A program made the position numbers and the translations under genes. Positions 1-8,212 of a stretch of DNA of 64,000 nucleotides are shown in pieces. The notes beneath the pieces were generated by a model. That model had not been told where the DNA came from, did not search any database, and was given only the letters and a program-made list of their open reading frames with translations. Each line of letters begins with the position of its first letter. Positions within the stretch are counted from its first letter, which is position 1. Source of the DNA: Candidatus Pacearchaeota archaeon (GTDB lineage: Archaea; Nanobdellota; Nanobdellia; Pacearchaeales; GW2011-AR1); NCBI GenBank assembly GCA_018303945.1, contig JAGVXD010000001.1, positions 2,877 to 66,876 on the forward strand, in the 5' to 3' direction.

Positions 1-584
1 ATTCTAGCATTGTTCACGATTTCACCAAGAATGGCGTAATCTAACTTGTCTAATTGATTATTAACTAACTCTCCAGCAAACATAGTTGGTTCAGATATGC
101 GATTTGTAAAGTACATCTTAGGATATTGCTTAACATCAATAAGAATTTGACCTTCTTCTTGTACAATTATTTTATTGAATTCTGAAATAAGTTCATTCTT
201 CAGTTCAAAAAATTCATAATCATTCTTAGCAAATATTCCAAAAATAAGCTCCCAATTTCCTGAACATTCACCCATCCAATATACTTTTCCTGAAGATTTG
301 AGATATTTGAACAACCTATCCTTTTCTTCAGGAATGTTTCTTAATTTTAAATAAATTTTATATATTTTATGACCCATTTTGTGAGGATTTATTGCTGTTT
401 GAAAACTAGTAATTATTCCTTCTTTTACTAGATTGTTTATTCTATAGTCCACTGATTGTCTCGATTTTCTTACTTTTCTTGCTAATATTGTAGATGCAAT
501 TCTGCAATTTTTATCTAACTCAGATAAGATAGTTAGATCTGCTTTATCAAGCTTAATTCTATTAATCTCTACCATATTTAGCAT
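1..584 (-). CDS. Lrp/AsnC-family transcriptional regulator (HTH plus RAM-like domain, possibly tandem), start at 584 (or 575); ORF runs off the window start
   Basis: Manual minus-strand translation from ATG at 584 gives MLNMVEINRIKLDKADLTILSELDKNCRIASTILARKVRKSRQSVDYRINNLVKEGIITSF... with no stop down to position 1. A second HTH-like segment (LDKLDYAILGEIVNNAR) lies at the window edge. It is absent from the ORF track because it is open at the edge. Confidence 0.5.
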   Translation of the reverse strand, partial: MLNMVEINRIKLDKADLTILSELDKNCRIASTILARKVRKSRQSVDYRINNLVKEGIITSFQTAINPHKMGHKIYKIYLKLRNIPEEKDRLFKYLKSSGKVYWMGECSGNWELIFGIFAKNDYEFFELKNELISEFNKIIVQEEGQILIDVKQYPKMYFTNRISEPTMFAGELVNNQLDKLDYAILGEIVNNAR

Positions 585-689
585 AAAATATACTATGCTT
601 ATAAATATTGTCATTTATGCTCAAAAATTGATAAATACTTTATTATATACAATTTACCATTATATAGTAAGAATAAAAGGAAAAACAAG

Positions 690-2030
690 ATGACAACAAA
701 AACAAAACAAGAAGTTGAAGAAATCATAAGGAAATATGAATCTATGATTCCTGCAATATATGAAGCAGGAGCATTTCCTGAAGATTTTAAGCTTCAACCA
801 AGTGACTGGGCATTAAAAGAAGAAGTTGTACAAAGACCAGCTTTAGAAACGCTAGTTGGAGGAAAGCAAACTTCAATCAGACCTATCTCAACTATGGACT
901 TAGAATTCTTATCAAACTCTACAGTCCAAAAAGCAAAGAATGGAGAAGTAAATCTTGTAAATAATTATCCTTGTGGACTTAAGTGTCCAGGATGTTTCTC
1001 TCAAGAAGGAGTATATGGAGATAAATCAAATTTGATGACATGGCAAGAAGTTATGGGAGTAGTTGATGATGCAAGAACAATCGGGTTGCAAGGTACTAAA
1101 TTCTTAGGTCCTGGAGAATTATTTCAGAATCCTGACCTTTTTGATATTCTTGATGCATTTGAAGAGAGAGGGTTACCGATAAGTATCTTTACCAAAGGAG
1201 CTGAATTAGGTAATGATGAATTGGCAATAAGGAATTATGGTCATCTTGGAGTAAAATCTGCTAAAGAGCTAGTAGAAAAAGTATCTCAATACGATTGTGT
1301 AAGAATATTGCTTGGCTTCAATTCATTATTCTCAGATAGGCAGGATAAAATGGTTGGTTCATCCACAATGACAAGAGACTATCAGGTTAATAATGGTACT
1401 TTCACAAACAGAGGAGTCTCAAATTACACTGAAAAAAGAAATCTAGCACTAGTTAATTTAGTTGAAGCTGGTTTCAACGATCCAAGTAAAGGACAGAGAT
1501 TATCATTAATAGCAGCACCAGTTGGTCTTGAGCAGATTGACGAGATTCCAACAATGTACTTATGGGCTGCAAAAAGAAATATTCCTTTGGTGATAGCTCC
1601 AACCATGGAGTCTGGACCAAAATCTATTGGATTAAGTGCTCAAAATAAAAGAATTGACCCTAATCATGAAATGCTAGTTCAGTTGATGACTGAAGTTTAT
1701 GATACAGCCATACAAAATGGAGTTATGAGCTTAGAACAGATGAGAAGAGAAGAGGTTTCAGCTTACATGGGAACATCCCCATGCAATCAAGTTGCAAACG
1801 GATTATTCTTAAGGCTAAATGGAAGAATTCAGATGTGCCCTGGAAGAAGCGATTCAACAGCAATATATGGGAATACTCATGAAACACCATTAGCAGAAAT
1901 ATGGGAAAATAGTCCAAATTACAGATTAGGAGCTAGAACAAATAACTGGTGCACGGCAAAGACAGAAGGAATGCCTAAGAATGTTCAAAGAGAGGTACTC
2001 AAGATACTTGAGGAAAAATATGGAAAGTAA
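690..2030 (+). CDS. Radical SAM enzyme with ~90-aa N-terminal extension and SPASM/twitch-like C-terminal domain
   Basis: CxxxCxxC at C95/C99/C102 (NYPCGLKCPGCF), glycine-rich GPGELF motif, C-terminal cysteines (SPCNQVANG...QMCPGRS...NWCTAK) and a GNTHETPLAEIWENSP motif typical of SPASM C-termini. RBS-like aaaggaaaaa precedes the ATG. Confidence 0.7.
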   Translation: MTTKTKQEVEEIIRKYESMIPAIYEAGAFPEDFKLQPSDWALKEEVVQRPALETLVGGKQTSIRPISTMDLEFLSNSTVQKAKNGEVNLVNNYPCGLKCPGCFSQEGVYGDKSNLMTWQEVMGVVDDARTIGLQGTKFLGPGELFQNPDLFDILDAFEERGLPISIFTKGAELGNDELAIRNYGHLGVKSAKELVEKVSQYDCVRILLGFNSLFSDRQDKMVGSSTMTRDYQVNNGTFTNRGVSNYTEKRNLALVNLVEAGFNDPSKGQRLSLIAAPVGLEQIDEIPTMYLWAAKRNIPLVIAPTMESGPKSIGLSAQNKRIDPNHEMLVQLMTEVYDTAIQNGVMSLEQMRREEVSAYMGTSPCNQVANGLFLRLNGRIQMCPGRSDSTAIYGNTHETPLAEIWENSPNYRLGARTNNWCTAKTEGMPKNVQREVLKILEEKYGK

Positions 2031-2457
2031 ACAATCTCTTGAAATTCTCATTGGTGACGATATGTTTTTGATGCCTGTTGATGCAATGATGGCACAAAAT
2101 CAATACTTAGAACCATTAAAAGAAAGAATTCCAGGATATGATGTTCGATTGTCATATGCTTCAACTCCAGAGGAAATGTTGACTGAAGCTTCAAGAGGAA
2201 CATATGATGTAATTATATCTGACTTAGATTATGGCACAACTGGAAGAATGGGAACTGAAGGGTTTGATGTGTGTAATGGAGTCAATAAAATGAATCTCTC
2301 AAAGAAGCCTTTCCTTGTCTTGTGTACATCAAGAGATGATGTTCAGAAGCAAATTAAGAAACTTCTTTATGAAGGTAAAATAGGTGCAGTAGTAACTCCT
2401 AAAAGTAAACATAAGTTTAATGCTTTAGCAGAATTTCTTGAAGAAAAGTATATTTAA
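2020..2457 (+). CDS. Stand-alone CheY-like receiver (REC) domain protein
   Basis: LEILIGDD (acidic pair), YDVIISDLDY (phospho-acceptor Asp), LVLCTS (Thr/Ser), GAVVTPKSK (conserved Lys). The track start at 1981 lies inside the upstream ORF; ATG at 2020 with aggaaaaa upstream is the more plausible start. It overlaps the rSAM stop by 11 nt. Confidence 0.55.
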   Translation: MESKQSLEILIGDDMFLMPVDAMMAQNQYLEPLKERIPGYDVRLSYASTPEEMLTEASRGTYDVIISDLDYGTTGRMGTEGFDVCNGVNKMNLSKKPFLVLCTSRDDVQKQIKKLLYEGKIGAVVTPKSKHKFNALAEFLEEKYI

Positions 2458-2581
2458 ATATAATATCTTTATAATTATATTATGGGTTGTTCAAATTGTT
2501 TTTCTAATAGAAATTTTTGTTCTACCCATAAGTGAATCTGTTTTAGTTCCTTTACAGTTGTATGTGTTGTTAAGGGCAAAT

Positions 2582-2589
2582 TTTAAATA
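2582..2589 (+). promoter_or_regulatory. TATA-box-like element (tttaaata) ~25 nt upstream of the methyltransferase ATG; likely promoter of the R-M/pAgo operon (leaderless or short leader)
   Basis: A/T-rich 153-bp spacer 2458-2610; tttaaata is centred ~25 bp before the ATG at 2611. Confidence 0.3.
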
Positions 2590-2610
2590 AGTGATTATTT
2601 TAGGATTAAC

Positions 2611-3678
2611 ATGAAAAAAGAGCTAAACGTCGTTGACTTATTTTGTGGTGCTGGAGGGTTGAGTTTTGGATTTGCAAAGGCAGGTTTTAACATAATTTTG
2701 GGAGTTGATAATGATAAAGATTCTAAAGAGACTTTCTTAAAAAATCATCCAGACTCTCAATACTTACTAAAAGATATTCGGTCAGTCTCAAAAGATGAAA
2801 TTTTAAGCTTAATTGGTGATAAAAAAATTGACCTTTTGATTGGTGGACCACCTTGTCAAGGATTCAGTGTATCTGGAAAAAGAGTTTACATGGATTCAAG
2901 AAATTCTCTCTATCTTGAGTTTTTCAGAATTTTAGATATTTTAAAACCAAACCACGCTCTTATTGAAAATGTGCCAGGTCTAAAAGGTCTTTTTGAAGGA
3001 AGGGCTTTAAAAAGTATTCTTGAAGAATTTTCAAAGAGAGGTTACAAAACAAACCATTCTATTTTAAAAGCAGATGAATATGGAGTCCCTCAAGTTAGAA
3101 AAAGAATAATCATAGTAGCCTCAAAAAAAGGAGAATTTGAATTTCCATTGCCATTAAGTACACAGGTCACTTTGGGTGATGCTATAAACGACCTACCTAT
3201 TTTAGAAGACTCAATTGAAGAAGACCAGTATATTTCTAAACCTAAAAATGAATATCAAAATTTGATGCGAATTAATTCCAATAAAATTCACAATCATATC
3301 GCAAGTAATCATTCAGACAGAACTAAGTCAATAATAGGTCTTGTTCCAGAAGGTGGAAATTACAAAAATCTTCCAAAAGAGCTTAGAAATACAAGAAAAG
3401 TTCATATTGCCTGGACAAGATTGAATAGTTCAAAGCCATCTCTTACCATAGATACAGGTCATAGACATCATTTTCACCCTTGGGCAAATAGAATCCCAAC
3501 TGTAAGAGAATCTGCAAGAATACAATCGTTTCCCGATAACTTTATATTTTATGGTAGCAAGACCTCTCAGTATAGGCAGGTTGGGAATGCAGTTCCCCCA
3601 TTACTTGCGGAGGCTATTGCACAACAACTAAAAAAGTGGATAAACGATGAAAACAAAAAAGATATACAAAACGCCTGA
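2611..3678 (+). CDS. DNA (cytosine-5)-methyltransferase (m5C MTase) 1
   Basis: Motif I FCGAGG, motif IV GGPPCQGFS, motif VI ENVPGL, motif X QVGNAVPP. Confidence 0.9.
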   Translation: MKKELNVVDLFCGAGGLSFGFAKAGFNIILGVDNDKDSKETFLKNHPDSQYLLKDIRSVSKDEILSLIGDKKIDLLIGGPPCQGFSVSGKRVYMDSRNSLYLEFFRILDILKPNHALIENVPGLKGLFEGRALKSILEEFSKRGYKTNHSILKADEYGVPQVRKRIIIVASKKGEFEFPLPLSTQVTLGDAINDLPILEDSIEEDQYISKPKNEYQNLMRINSNKIHNHIASNHSDRTKSIIGLVPEGGNYKNLPKELRNTRKVHIAWTRLNSSKPSLTIDTGHRHHFHPWANRIPTVRESARIQSFPDNFIFYGSKTSQYRQVGNAVPPLLAEAIAQQLKKWINDENKKDIQNA

Positions 3679-5080
3679 TAATTATTATTTCAGATTGCAT
3701 CATATCAGACCTAGATTTAAGAATGATATAGAAAGAATATTACTTATGGTAAGTTCTGCTGTTGCTGAAATGCCCATACAACAAAAAGAACAATTTGATA
3801 AATCACTTAATAAGATAATCAAAGGATTTCCAGGAAATGTTGTAAGAACGGATAAGACTATAAACAATTGGAGGACTGAGATTTCTGCATTATTTAGCCT
3901 TATTTTATATAACTTAGATAATGAAACAGAAGGTCCGAGCGAGATTGCAAAAAGAATGGCAAAAAATCAAGATTTAGTTGAATTTTTTAAGTTATTTTGT
4001 TATTCGTTTCAATATCCTGGAGGACACTTGAAATCTCAAGAAACTAAAAAACTTATTGAGCGAGGAATAAAGTTTAAACCTGCCCATTATATCTTAAAAC
4101 TTCTCTATCAAGCTAACAAGGGAGTAGAAACGCCATTTGGAATTAACAAAGCTGAAGTAACACACTGTATTTTTAATGATACTAGAGTTACTGTAGAGAA
4201 TAAAGACGTAAAAGAAACAATTGATTTAATTAAATCAAACCGAGAACAAGGCTTTGACTATGATTGGAAAGGTGATGTAATACGTTATGCAGGTGATATT
4301 ATGGATTATTTATACTATGCAAATCTCTTAAAAAAGCATGGAGCAAATTATTATTTAAATCCTGTTGAAATGGGAGCAATAATCACATTTGTGGAAAAAG
4401 ACCCGTGGTTCAATTTATACGACAAATTTTATGGAAAAAGTGTTACAAATGAAGAATTGAGAGAAGCTCAAAACAAATGGTTTTACTACGTTTCAAATTT
4501 ATCTGTAAAAGCAAACTTTGAAACAGATGTACTTGCATTCATGGGAATAGATAAAAACAATTATCTGGAAATAGAAAAGAAAGCCACAGCTATTGCAATT
4601 ACTGAATTTAAGAATAAAATAACCGATAAGATACTTAAAACCAAAGAAATAGGAGATGCAGGGGAAAATCTTGCGATAGGTCATGAATGTATGAGGCTAA
4701 AAAACGGTGGTAGAGAAGACCTTATAGGTAAGGTAGTATATCTTCCTAATTATTTGAAGATGGGATATGATATAAGGTCATTTGAATTGGATTCCGACTT
4801 GCGACTTATTGAAGTAAAAACCACTATCAGCAATACAGATATAGATTTTAAATCATTCCATATGACTGAAAACGAATGGAATATTGCGTCAAGTATGGGA
4901 GAAAAGTATTATGTTTATAGAATGGTAATAAGCAGGTCATCTGTAAAACTATTTATAATAAGGAATCCTGTTAATAAGTATAAGAGTGGCATCCTAGACG
5001 TTACTCTTTCAAATGGAGCTCAGGTGAACTTTGATAAAAGGGCAGGTAAATACGAAAAAATTTTAATATGGCAAAAATAA
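3647..5080 (+). CDS. Putative restriction endonuclease; C-terminal DUF3883-like PD-(D/E)xK domain, N-terminal ~330 aa uncharacterised
   Basis: C-terminal GYDIRSFELDSDLRLIEVKTT...FHMTENEWNIA...YYVYRMV matches the DUF3883 / restriction-endonuclease-like pattern. It is flanked by two m5C MTase genes with overlapping ORFs. The true start may be downstream of 3647 (overlap of 32 nt). Confidence 0.55.
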   Translation: MKTKKIYKTPDNYYFRLHHIRPRFKNDIERILLMVSSAVAEMPIQQKEQFDKSLNKIIKGFPGNVVRTDKTINNWRTEISALFSLILYNLDNETEGPSEIAKRMAKNQDLVEFFKLFCYSFQYPGGHLKSQETKKLIERGIKFKPAHYILKLLYQANKGVETPFGINKAEVTHCIFNDTRVTVENKDVKETIDLIKSNREQGFDYDWKGDVIRYAGDIMDYLYYANLLKKHGANYYLNPVEMGAIITFVEKDPWFNLYDKFYGKSVTNEELREAQNKWFYYVSNLSVKANFETDVLAFMGIDKNNYLEIEKKATAIAITEFKNKITDKILKTKEIGDAGENLAIGHECMRLKNGGREDLIGKVVYLPNYLKMGYDIRSFELDSDLRLIEVKTTISNTDIDFKSFHMTENEWNIASSMGEKYYVYRMVISRSSVKLFIIRNPVNKYKSGILDVTLSNGAQVNFDKRAGKYEKILIWQK

Positions 5081-6117
5081 AAATAGCATCGTTATTCTGT
5101 GGATGCGGTGGAACCGAGTTAGGGATAATCGGAGGTTTCAATTTTTTAGGTAAGAAATATTTTAGACACAACACCGAAATCGTATTCGCAAATGATATAG
5201 AAAAGAGTGCTTGTGAAATATACAATGCTAATTTTGAACATGAAAGTGTATGTGCAGATATAAAGAAGATATCTTCTATTGACATACCAGACCATGATGT
5301 TCTTATAGGAGGATTTCCGTGTCAATCTTTTTCAATAGTTGCTCAAAATCCACCAAGACTTGGATTCAAATCTGAAAATGGCAGACTTTTTCTAGAGATG
5401 GTTCGTATTCTTAAAGACAAAAGACCCAAAGCATTTATTGCTGAAAACGTAAGAGGGCTTATTTCAGCAAATAACGGCAAGGCTTTTCCTCTAATTTTAA
5501 AAGAATTTGAAAAGGCAGGTTACAGAGTAGACTATAAACTCGTAGATGCGTCAGGGTTTGGTGTGCCTCAGCGTAGACAGAGAGTTGTAATAATAGGTTA
5601 TAGAAATGACCTAAATATCAGCCCTTCCTTTCCTGAGCCATCAAATAATAATCCTGTTCCTCTAAAGAAAGTAATCTTTGACCATAAAGATGTTGATGAA
5701 AGATATTATTTTAGTGAAAGAGCAATTGAGGGATTACAAAAATCCAATAAATCAATGAACAAAGGTAGATCACAGAATATTGAAGAGCCTTGTGCTACAG
5801 TTACTTCACACCTTGCCAAAGTTAGTTTAAACAGCACAGACCCTGTATTAAAAATAGGTGAAAAATACAGAAGATTTACCCCTAGAGAAGTAGCAAGAAT
5901 ACAATCTTTTCCTGAGTCTTTCAAACTGATAGGGAGCGATTTTCAAAAGTATAAGGCATTAGGAAACGCAATACCTCCTGTATTGTTCTGGCATATAATG
6001 AAAGAAGTAAGTGAAAAGTTATTAGAATTAAAAGAGAGTAATTTAGTAGCTCCTAATATGACTGAACTTTTAACAATAATTACCGCGGACAAAAGTACCC
6101 CTTTATTAAATTGTTAA
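5068..6117 (+). CDS. DNA (cytosine-5)-methyltransferase (m5C MTase) 2
   Basis: FCGCGG, GGFPCQSFS, ENVRGL, QRRQRVVIIG, LGNAIPP. Overlaps the upstream ORF by 13 nt. Confidence 0.9.
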   Translation: MAKIKIASLFCGCGGTELGIIGGFNFLGKKYFRHNTEIVFANDIEKSACEIYNANFEHESVCADIKKISSIDIPDHDVLIGGFPCQSFSIVAQNPPRLGFKSENGRLFLEMVRILKDKRPKAFIAENVRGLISANNGKAFPLILKEFEKAGYRVDYKLVDASGFGVPQRRQRVVIIGYRNDLNISPSFPEPSNNNPVPLKKVIFDHKDVDERYYFSERAIEGLQKSNKSMNKGRSQNIEEPCATVTSHLAKVSLNSTDPVLKIGEKYRRFTPREVARIQSFPESFKLIGSDFQKYKALGNAIPPVLFWHIMKEVSEKLLELKESNLVAPNMTELLTIITADKSTPLLNC

Positions 6118-6129
6118 AGAGAAGATGAA

Positions 6130-6786
6130 ATGACAGCATTTAAACTATCACCATCAACACTAAACCTATTAAAAGAATGTCCAAGATGCTTCTGGCTGTC
6201 TGAACATGAGGTGTGGAGTAGACCAAATGGTATTTTTCCTTCATTGCCTTCAGGAATGGATGGGATTTTAAAAAAACATTTTGATAAGTTTATGGAAAAA
6301 GGTAAACTTCCTCCAGAATTATGTAGTAAATCTGAATGTGAAAATCTTAAACTATTTGATAATAAGGATTTATTGAAAGAATGGAGAAACTCACGAAAAG
6401 GTTTATGGTTTGAAGATAAAGAAGGAAATATACTTCATGGAGGGATAGATAACTTGATGGTAAATAAAGTAAATAATAAACTAATTGTTTTAGATTACAA
6501 AACAAGAGGTTTCCCATTAAAAGATGATACTCATGAACACTATCAAGACCAACTTAATATCTATGCTTGGTTACTTGAGAAATTAGGACACAAAGTAGAA
6601 GACCATGCTTATTTGTTATTCTATCATCCAAAAGAAGTTTTAGAAACTGGAGAGGTTGTTTTTAATACGGATTTGAAAAAGATGAAAATTACACCAGAAC
6701 ATGCAGAGAAACTATTCAACAAAGCAATAAAGATGTTAGGTGAAGACTGTCCTAAACAAACATGTGTATGGTGTGAAAAAGTATAG
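6130..6786 (+). CDS. Cas4-like / RecB-family PD-(D/E)xK nuclease with 4-Cys Fe-S cluster ligands (DUF83-like), stand-alone
   Basis: N-terminal CPRCFW, motif II HGGIDNLMV, motif III LIVLDYKTRG, QxxxY (QDQLNIYAWLL), C-terminal CPKQTCVWC. Confidence 0.7.
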   Translation: MTAFKLSPSTLNLLKECPRCFWLSEHEVWSRPNGIFPSLPSGMDGILKKHFDKFMEKGKLPPELCSKSECENLKLFDNKDLLKEWRNSRKGLWFEDKEGNILHGGIDNLMVNKVNNKLIVLDYKTRGFPLKDDTHEHYQDQLNIYAWLLEKLGHKVEDHAYLLFYHPKEVLETGEVVFNTDLKKMKITPEHAEKLFNKAIKMLGEDCPKQTCVWCEKV

Positions 6787-6826
6787 ATAGTAAATTCTTT
6801 ATAGTGGCTTTTAGTCAATTTTTAGT

Positions 6827-8212
6827 ATGGCTATAACAAACTATGAGGGAGAAAGAGAGGCAACAGTTCATGATTCTAGTAGCTACGGCAAGAAAATAAT
6901 TGAATTTATGGAGTTGAGAGATTATTCTTTAGTAAAAGACTCTGATACAGATGGTATCTTTCAAGATAAGGTCTTTAGAAGACCAAATTTTGATGGTGAA
7001 AAAGAGACTTATGTTGAAATAAAATATACGAATTTAAGTTTATCTGATAAAGACTTCTTGGCAGGGTTTGGGAAATACTTTATTATGTATATGGAAAGCT
7101 CAACCAAATTTTATTTTAAGTTATTTGCTAGAAATCTTAAAAACTTTACAAAATGGAAATCGATATTTGATGATGTTTCCAATAAATATGATGAAGTTAA
7201 AAAGTTTAGAACAAGTATCAAAGAATCTTTATCTGAAGATTTGAAAAATAAGTTTAATTCTTTTGAAATGAGAGATTTCAAAGCGTTTGTGGGACAAATT
7301 GAAATAATAAAGATAGGGTATGAGAAATTAATCCAAAAGATTACAGACTTAAAAGAAAATAAAAAATTTAACAAAAACGAGAATTATCTAACAGAAAAAC
7401 AAAAATTAGTCTATCAAAAAGAGAAAATATTTAGCAATCTTGTTAAAGTTGGGACTTTACCAAAGATATATGTTTATAATCTAAGTCAAGGTCTTGAGCC
7501 AACATTCTGGAATTCTAAAGATATCAATAAGTTTATTACATATAAAGAAAAAGCTATATCAATAAATCCCTTACCAAACGATATAATTAAGAAGTATTGT
7601 CTAGGAAATACACCAGAATATAAAGATATAGACAATATGGGTCTAGATGATGAAGAAAGACTAAATTTGAGAAAAAGGGTTACAGAACTATTTATAATTT
7701 CTAAGGGAGAAAACACTAATTATACTTTTAATAGAAACTTCAATTGTCTTTACGTAATATATGAAAAAGTCACCAGTTCTCCCTTAAAAATGAAGGGTAA
7801 AGAAGGACATAAGAGGAGAATGGTAGCTAGACCATATTTTAAAGATAAGAAACTAAATTTTGTTACTCATAGAGCTTTAAAGTTTAGAGTTACTGATTTT
7901 GATGGAGAGTTATTTATAATTTTTAACTTCTTTAGACTTTTTACAAAAGATGGTAGAGAAATTATAGAAGGTGAAAGTGCAAAAAGATTAAATTATGGTT
8001 TTAGACCAACTAATAGTTCAAATCTACAAGAGCATAGTGTCTTGGACTTTCTTATTACACTTTTAGATTTGAAAACAAAAACTCTAAATCATCAGAATTT
8101 CATAGCAACTAAATCCTTAGAGTTAGAATCTCCTTGTAAGGCATCTGAAATAGAATTATTTGATGAATCACCAAACTATGAACTAATGGATGAATCGGAG
8201 GATGAAGAATGA
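6827..8212 (+). CDS. Short-pAgo partner protein: N-terminal PD-(D/E)xK-like (Mrr/DREN-like) nuclease motif plus ~330-aa region inferred to be APAZ
   Basis: N-terminal EFMEL...DSDTDGIF...ETYVEIKYT (E-x-D-x21-ExK). 461 aa. Its stop overlaps the pAgo start (ATGA at 8209-8212). APAZ is inferred from gene context and was not confirmed. Confidence 0.45.
   Translation: MAITNYEGEREATVHDSSSYGKKIIEFMELRDYSLVKDSDTDGIFQDKVFRRPNFDGEKETYVEIKYTNLSLSDKDFLAGFGKYFIMYMESSTKFYFKLFARNLKNFTKWKSIFDDVSNKYDEVKKFRTSIKESLSEDLKNKFNSFEMRDFKAFVGQIEIIKIGYEKLIQKITDLKENKKFNKNENYLTEKQKLVYQKEKIFSNLVKVGTLPKIYVYNLSQGLEPTFWNSKDINKFITYKEKAISINPLPNDIIKKYCLGNTPEYKDIDNMGLDDEERLNLRKRVTELFIISKGENTNYTFNRNFNCLYVIYEKVTSSPLKMKGKEGHKRRMVARPYFKDKKLNFVTHRALKFRVTDFDGELFIIFNFFRLFTKDGREIIEGESAKRLNYGFRPTNSSNLQEHSVLDFLITLLDLKTKTLNHQNFIATKSLELESPCKASEIELFDESPNYELMDESEDEE

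Noticed and set aside
1981-2019. Track start codon at 1981 for the receiver gene
   Set aside because: It lies inside the rSAM ORF. The in-frame ATG at 2020 has an upstream purine-rich RBS-like stretch and yields a complete REC domain.
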